From NCBI RefSeq assembly GCF_964188315.1, contig NC_135661.1:45198001-45262000 (forward strand): a DNA stretch of 64,000 nt. Reading direction: 5' to 3'. This stretch comes from Podarcis muralis (taxonomy: Eukaryota). Of the stretch, positions 59,201 to 64,000 are shown in pieces (within the stretch, counting starts at the first letter, position 1; each line of letters starts with the position of its first letter). Below the pieces are notes generated by a model. The model saw only the letters and a list, made by a program, of their open reading frames with translations. It did not search any database and was not told the origin of the DNA. A program made the position numbers and the translations under genes.

Positions 59201-62200
59201 TATTACCTTGGGTTAAGAACTTTGCTTCAGAATGAGAACAGAAATCGTGCTCCAGCATTCAATTTTTTTTATAATAATCTAAAAAAGTTAACTACAGCTT
59301 TGAAACTTCCCAGGAGAGGCCGCCCAGCGCGGGGCTCTCGCCGTCTGCCTGCCTGGCTGCCTGCGAGCTCGGCGGGCAGCGCCTCCGTCCGCAGCGCCCG
59401 CCTCGCGGCTCTCATTCCCTGCCCCTGCCAAAGCTCACCCAGCCAAGCCGCGCTCTCCTTCCTGCCTCGCTTTGCTGCCTCCTCCCCCCCCACCCCCAAA
59501 GCTTGGAGGTTCCCCGGCGCCGGCCCGCAGGTTTGACCCCCTTCTCACACCTGTTCGCGCTCCTTGCACGGAATGGGGCGGATGGGGAGGAACGGGGCTC
59601 GCCGCTGCCTCCGCTCGCCCTCCCCCCCTCCGCCGGCGGTCCCGCGATTCTTGGCTTTTTGGCGGTTGGCACAGAAGGAAGGCAAGGGGGGGGGGAATTG
59701 AAACTTACACTTTCGTGCGTCCCTCCCGGCGTGACGCTGCGCGCTGACGTCACGGGGCTGTGGTGTGCCTCGAGATTTTTTTCATGAAACAAGTGTGCCT
59801 TTGCCCAAAAAAGGTTGGGAAACAGTGGCCTAGGGACATCTAATGAAACAATGCTTGTTCCTCAGGAATTTTACTCTAAAAGCTATGCCCTTGCCCATAA
59901 CTGATGTGGCCCAGGCTCATCGAAGCCATCCAGAGAAAATGGAGGAAGTTGTGCACAAGGTAAAAAGCATAGGAATTGGGGTACTGATCTGAATGGGGGA
60001 GCACTCTAGATCTATCTTGAATTAGAACTCAACTGATAGGTATGTGCTGAATGAATGTTAGCATGTCGTATGTGCTCCAGTATGCTGATCATATGTTACT
60101 CAGTGCTGCTGAGTAAATGCAACTACTTATTTGGGAGGCCATAGAAGTGAGGGTCATGTGAGCCATGCCTCTTTTGCATGCTGCAGATACAGTCTTACCT
60201 CGCAAGGAATCAGATTCAAGAGACCTTGCCCAAGGAGAGATGCCGGTTACAGCCAGACAGTACAGCCAGCTCTTCTGCACAGGTGGGAAGCCTTGGATCT
60301 TCACCTACCTTCATAGCCTTACGTCTTGCATAGTCAGCTCTGTTCACATTTTAATAAGAAAACCTATTTGCACCACCCTGAAACAATGCACAAATGGAAA
60401 TGCAGCTAGCCTACAAAATTCACACTTCTCCAGATTTTGCAGTGCAATTCTCCTACCAAGTAATGTGCACAAAAAAATGCATATGGGGGTAGTGTGCATA
60501 AAAATGCATATCTTAATAAAAATAATATTAGAAATATAGCAGGGGAAATTGCTTGCAAAGATGTGTGCATTTGGCAAAGCTACATACAGAAATGTGCAAC
60601 TTAGGAGAAATGCACACTAAAATGCTGATAAAAAATTGTGAGGGTTGTTTTTTAAAAAGAAATTCCAAACTGTTTTGGAGAACTGAACTTAAAATTGGAA
60701 GAAAATAAGGGAACCTGAAATAAGGGAATATTGCATCCCAACCTCTTTAAAAGTCAAGTGCTGCAGAAGAGGGCCAAAGGGCAGAAAACATCTAAATGGG
60801 GCAAGAATGCTGGCATCTGCACTTTAGAACATTAAAGTGCATTGTATCCTGGTAAACTTTCTGACAAGAATTAGTGCTGTCACATTGCAGATGCAGGGAT
60901 TGGTGCTAAAAAGAGTTACAGCCAACTCCAGGCTTAAGGGGTATCTCGTAACTCACTGATCCTTCTGTTCCTCTTCCTTGCCATTGCTGTTGGTTCATCT
61001 GCCCTTTCCCAGTGTACAGGCCAACAAAAGCCAATAAGGAGGAGCAGCATCCTCCGCTTGCCTTTCCCTTTCTCTATGGGAGAGTGCTACAAATTGAGCC
61101 CAGAGGGACAGGACCAGTGAATGGGCAGCAGCAGCAACGATGAGAAGTTGGGGTTTTTCAGGGAGGGACCCTCTGAGGTCACCCTGACAAAGGGCCCCCA
61201 AAACCTGGAGCCAACACTGACTCAATTAAATGCAGCTAACAGAGACTGGAATTCTAGGGAGTGCTATACTTTTGTGTTGGTGGTACAGTGGTGCCCCATA
61301 TCTTGCTCTCTATTCTAGGCACTGAAGGATGCATCCCAGTCTGTGCATAAGTGCATTGAAATGCTGAGCTCTGTTCAAGATGTGGAAGTTAAAGCAGACA
61401 TCCTATGGGCAGAGGAGACCATCAAGGATGCAAGCCTTTCAATCAGTGTGAGCTCTCCTTCATGTGTGTTAAGGGTGCTTTCCAGGCAGGCGCTTAATCT
61501 GCAAACAGGTTGTTCACAACACTTTTTTAACATACCAGATTTTCTCCTAAAAGGGCACATCCAGATTAAATCAGCAGGAGGGCGGGATGCAGGCTGGCAT
61601 TTTTGATGCCAGTGATGTCATGTGCATGCTACAAAAACAGTTTACTTGCATGAGGAGTACTGATCCCACAATAAACACCTGTCTGCAAGCCTCCCCTTTG
61701 CTACTTTTCTTGTTTTGGAACTCAGTCATGAACCACTAAGAATTGATGGTGATGATTAATTGAATTTGTTATCACTTTATCTTGCTCAGGACAACCCAAA
61801 GCAACTTACAATCAAAAAGACAGATACATTAAAAAAACACCACCTGCCCTCTTCTAAAAAGGCCACAGATAGTTAAAGGCCAAAGACCTGGTTATAGAGG
61901 GAAGTTGCTGAGTACCTAAAGATATATAATGATCGCTCCATGTGAGCCTCCCTGGGGAGAACATTCCACTAATGGGGAGCCACTGCAGAAAAGGCCCATT
62001 CTTGTATTGTCACCCTCCAGACCTCTCATGGAGGGGGCACATGAAGAAGGGCCTCAGATCATGATTGTAAGTTAATTTTTAACCCGGATGTGTTTTCCTG
62101 TGGTAGTGTCACAAACCAAGCAACACTGGCAAAAGTCAGAATATCAGATGTGACTGAAGATGCCTTTTAAATTTTAATTACAAATTCAGGAAGAATGCAT

Positions 62201-63642
62201 CATTTTCATAGGACACAGGTAGGCAACCTGCAGTTTGGGGGCCACACACAGCCCTCAGCCTCATTCTATGTGGCCTAGACTGACAAAATCAATGTCCTCT
62301 GGACAGTTTACAAACATAAATAAAATACACAAATGCAATAAAACCGATACCACAATTTCTTTACAAGTATTAAATATATAGAAGGTAGCCAAGAACCTCC
62401 TCTAGCCCCCTTTGGCAACAACCTACTGGTGGCAACCTGCCTTCAGCAATGGCCTTTCAGATAAGCTACTGTGGCAAAGAAGGACTGAATAGCTATTCTT
62501 AATGAGAGCCTTTCTCTTCCTGCAGGTTTTGCCTATTTTGTATGAGGCAGGAAACCCTGTGCAGCAGAACAGCAAGCTTCAGCACAAGCTGGAGAGTTTC
62601 ATTGAAGAAGTCTCTCAGACTTGCAGCAGTGACATCCAGGTAAGTAGGTAGAGTTCCATAGTCACCTAGTAGTAGGAGATGGAAAATACTTTGGAGAGCT
62701 GCTGCCAGTTAGAGTAGACAATATTGAGCTTAGATGGACCAAGTCTGCAGTTTTGCACCACACAACTGTAGCTTTTGGTGTGTGCTACAGAAATCAGCCT
62801 CCTGAGAAATTCTGCTTCTGTTTTTTAAAAGAGTGTTTTAATCTATATGGTGACAGAATTAAGTCTATAATTGAACTGGTGACAAAGATGCTAACTGCTG
62901 CAGCAGCATATAAACTCTGTCTGCTAACAGGTAGTGTGAACATATCTTTGCACCTTTTATGGCCATCAGAAGATATGCAAATATGACAAAATCAAAATGT
63001 TGGACCTCTGGCCTATAAATCCGAGAAGTCAAATGAGATTTCTCCTCGCAGATCAGGACAAAGATATCACTGCCTTAGTAGCTTCCTTTTTTAGCCACAA
63101 TTTTACCAGAATGGGTTCCCAATGAACCATCCTTTCGGGGAATAGACAGGGTGAAGCAGAATATCTAAGTGCACACAATCACAATGTGACCTTACTACCT
63201 TCAACAGCTTCACCCTTGTCCTTTTAACTACCCTAGTGACTTGAAATATTTTATACTGTGATACCAATAAAGGTATTTCGATTTGATTTGCAAATGTGTG
63301 TAAATGCCTAATTTCCATTGTTTATTAATAGCACCAAAAATGTTGCAGATATATATAGCCTTCTAGAGGAAGGTGACCTGGAACCTCTTGCAGTGAATTG
63401 CTTCCCCACACATGCTCACAAGTAGAAAGTAATAAAACTTCAGGTTTTGACGACTCCTCATGCCACATTTATCTCTTGCTTGTACTTTCTTCATAGACCA
63501 TCATGCATGCCTCATTGGTTGCCACTCAGAGTTTGTGCCCCAAACTCATGCAGAAAAATGACTTTCAGGACCACCTGATCGCCAGCGTGCCAAAGAAGAT
63601 GCTCCTTGACCAGCTTTTGACTGAGATGTACAGCAGGCTCAC
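25913..63642 (+). CDS. CARMIL2: Capping protein regulator and myosin 1 linker 2 (RLTPR), coding exons 1-27, 3'-incomplete (2453 nt, 817 codons + 2 nt)
   Basis: 27 GT-AG exons join in one open frame (PH-like domain, LRRs, start of helical domain). CARMIL2-type peptides [39 protein letters not shown] and LPILYEAG; lies directly downstream of CTCF as in human. Confidence 0.95.
27991..28079 (+). CDS. CARMIL2: CARMIL2 exon 2
   Basis: tttcag|...CTG|gtatgt; [11 protein letters not shown]...VENIVL. Confidence 0.85.
29969..30019 (+). CDS. CARMIL2: CARMIL2 exon 3
   Basis: tccag|...AAG|gtaaga; [17 protein letters not shown]. Confidence 0.9.
30391..30770 (-). mobile_element. L1-clade LINE 3' fragment (ORF2 C-terminus and 3'UTR)
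   Basis: Minus strand translates to [32 protein letters not shown], typical of an L1 ORF2 end; A-rich tail. Confidence 0.7.
31666..31725 (+). CDS. CARMIL2: CARMIL2 exon 4
   Basis: tgcag|...TGG|gtgagt; [20 protein letters not shown]. Confidence 0.9.
32518..32662 (-). mobile_element. Non-LTR retroelement 3' end (probably L2 clade) with (TAA)n-type tail
   Basis: Reverse complement of GCCGCCCAGAGTGGCTGGGG...GGGCGGGGTATAAATAATAAA plus (AAT)n; second copy at ~37490-37635. Confidence 0.6.
32982..33268. mobile_element. TcMar MITE, same family as 23476-23706, opposite orientation
   Basis: TA-flanked TIR CAGTGGTGCCTCGCAAGACGAA; internal TTAGCGGC tandem repeats. Confidence 0.85.
33868..34062 (-). mobile_element. 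5'-truncated Sauria SINE
   Basis: Reverse-complement match to the 3' half of 23822-24174. Confidence 0.8.
35012..35133 (+). CDS. CARMIL2: CARMIL2 exon 5
   Basis: taaag|...TGG|gtaagg; VVVETEKSS...[12 protein letters not shown]. Confidence 0.9.
36711..36808 (+). CDS. CARMIL2: CARMIL2 exon 6
   Basis: ttgaag|...TGTG|gtaatc; NLLQNASP...ENQGPCG. Confidence 0.88.
39275..39345 (+). CDS. CARMIL2: CARMIL2 exon 7
   Basis: tacag|...TGG|gtaaga; [23 protein letters not shown]. Confidence 0.95.
39584..39834. mobile_element. TcMar MITE
   Basis: TA|CAGTGGTACCTTGGTTTA ... TAAACCAAGGTACTACTG. Confidence 0.8.
40034..40107 (+). CDS. CARMIL2: CARMIL2 exon 8
   Basis: tcaag|...CCA|gtgagt; [24 protein letters not shown]. 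Confidence 0.95.
40948..41023 (+). CDS. CARMIL2: CARMIL2 exon 9
   Basis: tgcag|...CTG|gtgagt; [25 protein letters not shown]. Confidence 0.95.
42033..42121 (+). CDS. CARMIL2: CARMIL2 exon 10
   Basis: cctag|...GTT|gtaagc; [29 protein letters not shown]. Confidence 0.93.
43397..43491 (+). CDS. CARMIL2: CARMIL2 exon 11
   Basis: tgcag|...GAG|gtagtg; DFAQRMAQ...[12 protein letters not shown]. Confidence 0.93.
43579..43807. mobile_element. GC-rich hAT (Tip100-like) MITE
   Basis: Ends CACTGGTGGAG / CTCCGCCACTG; perfect 8-bp TSD ACTGTCTT; same family as 50656-50834. Confidence 0.82.
45182..45268 (+). CDS. CARMIL2: CARMIL2 exon 12
   Basis: tttag|...AAG|gtacag; [10 protein letters not shown]...ARTSLTPKG. 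Confidence 0.93.
46246..46355 (+). CDS. CARMIL2: CARMIL2 exon 13
   Basis: gccag|...GAC|gtgagt; MLALCQSL...[17 protein letters not shown]. Confidence 0.95.
47151..47220 (+). repeat. (CT)n microsatellite forming the polypyrimidine tract of CARMIL2 exon 14
   Basis: 70 consecutive pyrimidines ending at the acceptor AG (47221-47222). Confidence 0.95.
47223..47300 (+). CDS. CARMIL2: CARMIL2 exon 14
   Basis: ttcag|...GTG|gtgagc; [26 protein letters not shown]. Confidence 0.95.
47974..48050 (+). CDS. CARMIL2: CARMIL2 exon 15
   Basis: cccag|...CAA|gtaaga; [26 protein letters not shown]. Confidence 0.93.
49106..49293 (-). mobile_element. tRNA-derived SINE
   Basis: Minus strand GGGCCATAGCTCAGTGGCAGAACATCTGCTTTGCATGCAGAAGG...TTCAATCC...GCAGCTTCCTATGTTCCTATG; degraded relatives at ~40770-40910, 41262-41400, 36000-36190 and 55740-55860. 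Confidence 0.72.
49397..49501 (+). CDS. CARMIL2: CARMIL2 exon 16
   Basis: ttcag|...GAG|gtgagg; KNSDVPVG...[15 protein letters not shown]. Confidence 0.93.
50656..50834. mobile_element. GC-rich hAT (Tip100-like) MITE just upstream of CARMIL2 exon 17
   Basis: CAGTGGCGAAG ... CTCCGCCAGTG; perfect 8-bp TSD GCTCCCTA. Confidence 0.82.
50871..50940 (+). CDS. CARMIL2: CARMIL2 exon 17
   Basis: tacag|...GAG|gtaaga; [23 protein letters not shown]. Confidence 0.95.
51649..51730 (+). CDS. CARMIL2: CARMIL2 exon 18
   Basis: taaag|...ATG|gtaagt; [16 protein letters not shown]...NLSDNG. Confidence 0.95.
52335..52431 (+). CDS. CARMIL2: CARMIL2 exon 19
   Basis: tgcag|...CAG|gtaagc; [32 protein letters not shown]. 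Confidence 0.97.
53311..53477 (+). mobile_element. 5'-truncated Sauria SINE
   Basis: AGTCATGCTGGCCACATGACC...GGGGTCCCTTTACCTTT. Confidence 0.8.
53581..53638 (+). CDS. CARMIL2: CARMIL2 exon 20
   Basis: cctag|...TGT|gtaagt; [19 protein letters not shown]. Confidence 0.97.
53951..54126 (+). CDS. CARMIL2: CARMIL2 exon 21
   Basis: ttcag|...CAG|gtgcgt; [15 protein letters not shown]...[20 protein letters not shown]. Confidence 0.97.
54175..54615 (+). repeat. AT-rich interspersed repeat family (unclassified, possibly TAGGG-type hAT)
   Basis: Shares AAATTCACACTT...TTTTGCA(A/G)TGCA(G/A)TTCTCC..CCAAGTAATGTG with ~60340-60740 (+) and ~36900-37270 (-). Confidence 0.55.
55257..55471. mobile_element. 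TcMar MITE, same family as 4116-4349, reverse orientation
   Basis: TA|CAGTGGTACCTCGGGTTAAGAAC ... AACCCAAGGTACCACT. Confidence 0.85.
56916..56984 (+). CDS. CARMIL2: CARMIL2 exon 22
   Basis: tttag|...AAG|gtaggt; [22 protein letters not shown]. Confidence 0.95.
57390..57525. mobile_element. hAT MITE, representative of the most abundant family here (>10 copies, e.g. ~5197, 17490, 35200, 35470, 52025, 52825, 55580, 56140)
   Basis: TIR CAGGCTTCCTCAAC / GTTTGAGGACGCCTG; perfect 8-bp TSD TAATAAAT; internal palindrome CCCTCCAGATGTT...ACTACA..TCCCA / TGGGAGTTGTAG...AACATCTGGAGGG. Confidence 0.85.
58348..58461 (+). pseudogene. FH: Captured copy of fumarate hydratase exon 1 (mitochondrial presequence), gene fragment inside the hAT element
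   Basis: GCCTCCGCCATG; [38 protein letters not shown] (9 Arg, no Asp/Glu) ending on ATG|GTGAGC. Matches recalled FH N-termini (human MYRALRLLARS...NAARM|ASQ), whose exon 1 ends on the second Met. No FH exon 2 downstream in the window. Confidence 0.75.
59146..59250 (+). mobile_element. Left half of a TcMar MITE (4116 family) nested within the Pack-hAT
   Basis: CAGTGGTACCTCGGG...GGTTACAGACTCCACTAACCCAGAAAT...GAGAACAGAAATCGTG, then stops; no right TIR. Confidence 0.8.
59866..59959 (+). CDS. CARMIL2: CARMIL2 exon 23
   Basis: ctcag|...AAG|gtaaaa; [23 protein letters not shown]. Confidence 0.95.
60187..60282 (+). CDS. CARMIL2: CARMIL2 exon 24
   Basis: tgcag|...CAG|gtggga; IQSYLARNQ...[13 protein letters not shown]. 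Confidence 0.9.
61319..61447 (+). CDS. CARMIL2: CARMIL2 exon 25
   Basis: tctag|...AGT|gtgagc; ALKDASQSV...[13 protein letters not shown]. Confidence 0.9.
61790..62065 (-). mobile_element. Degraded L2-like LINE fragment
   Basis: GGGAGAACATTCCACTAATGGGGAGCCACTGCAGAAAAGGCCC pattern; related degraded pieces at ~41590-41760 and ~52970-53300. Confidence 0.45.
62526..62639 (+). CDS. CARMIL2: CARMIL2 exon 26
   Basis: tgcag|...CAG|gtaagt; VLPILYEAG...CSSDIQ. Confidence 0.93.
63497..63642 (+). CDS. CARMIL2: CARMIL2 exon 27 (last exon seen in the window)
   Basis: catag|...CAC|gtgggt; [19 protein letters not shown]...EMYSRL. Confidence 0.85.
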
Positions 63643-64000
63643 GTGGGTGACAGGACTAACCTTTCTCTTCAAGCCACACCAGAGTGCCTGTTTGGGTTGG
63701 AAGCATCTACTCAATCTTCAGCATTAAACGCTGAAGTAGAAAGAGAAAGGTTTTGCCTGCTGGCTGTGTTTCTCCTTGAGATTCCTGCTTCCTGGCATAT
63801 AGCTTTTCAGTAGAGACACATTTGGGGTAGATGGGGGCCTCTTTGAACTGTCCTTTTTATTTTTCATACAAGTACTGTTCTCCTTCGGCAGCTTAACCTC
63901 ATATCTGTAAGAATCTTGAGCCTCTTGTTTGGTATATGGGTCTGCAGAACTGTTCCCATGGCTCAGGCAGAAGCCAGCATCTTATGTCCTCTACATGTCA

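Larger units (their letters stand above)
57845..59827. mobile_element. Non-autonomous hAT (Buster/Charlie-type) DNA transposon, 1983 bp, carrying captured CpG-island DNA (Pack-hAT) in CARMIL2 intron 22
   Basis: TIR CAGTGTTTCCCAACC (57845-57859) and GGTTGGGAAACAGTG (59813-59827), one mismatch; perfect 8-bp TSD GCCTAGGG at 57837-57844 and 59828-59835 (nnnTAnnn type); repeated subterminal GTGTGCC; no transposase ORF. Confidence 0.88.

Noticed and set aside
25913-63642. CARMIL1 or CARMIL3 as the identity
   Set aside because: Diagnostic peptides and adjacency to CTCF fit CARMIL2.
58348-64000. An intact FH gene nested in CARMIL2
   Set aside because: No FH exon 2 (ASQ..FRIE.DTFGE) is visible downstream, and the fragment is enclosed by TIRs and a TSD.

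Overview
Vertebrate (squamate, probably lacertid lizard, judged from Sauria SINEs) genomic DNA. It holds two + strand genes in the order known from human 16q22. (1) The complete CTCF gene: CpG-island promoter at ~620-2045 and 10 coding exons from 11947 to 21117. The 2184-nt CDS gives 727 aa with 11 C2H2 zinc fingers, followed by a ~1.5-kb 3'UTR. (2) The 5' part of CARMIL2/RLTPR: coding exons 1-27, 25913-63642, 817 codons of PH-like, LRR and start of helical domains, continuing beyond the window. All exons were placed by hand from AG/GT boundaries and frame continuity. Introns carry many TcMar and hAT MITEs (several with intact TA or 8-bp TSDs), Sauria and other tRNA SINEs, and CR1/L1/L2 3' fragments. 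The standout is a 1983-bp non-autonomous hAT element in CARMIL2 intron 22 (57845-59827; 15-bp TIRs; perfect TSD GCCTAGGG). It is filled with foreign CpG-island DNA, including what looks like the promoter, first exon (mitochondrial presequence, [11 protein letters not shown]...PRRM|gtgagc) and intron start of fumarate hydratase (FH), plus a second inward-facing promoter-like fragment. This reads as a candidate Pack-hAT gene-capture element. Homologue assignments rest on recalled protein sequences, not on a database search.
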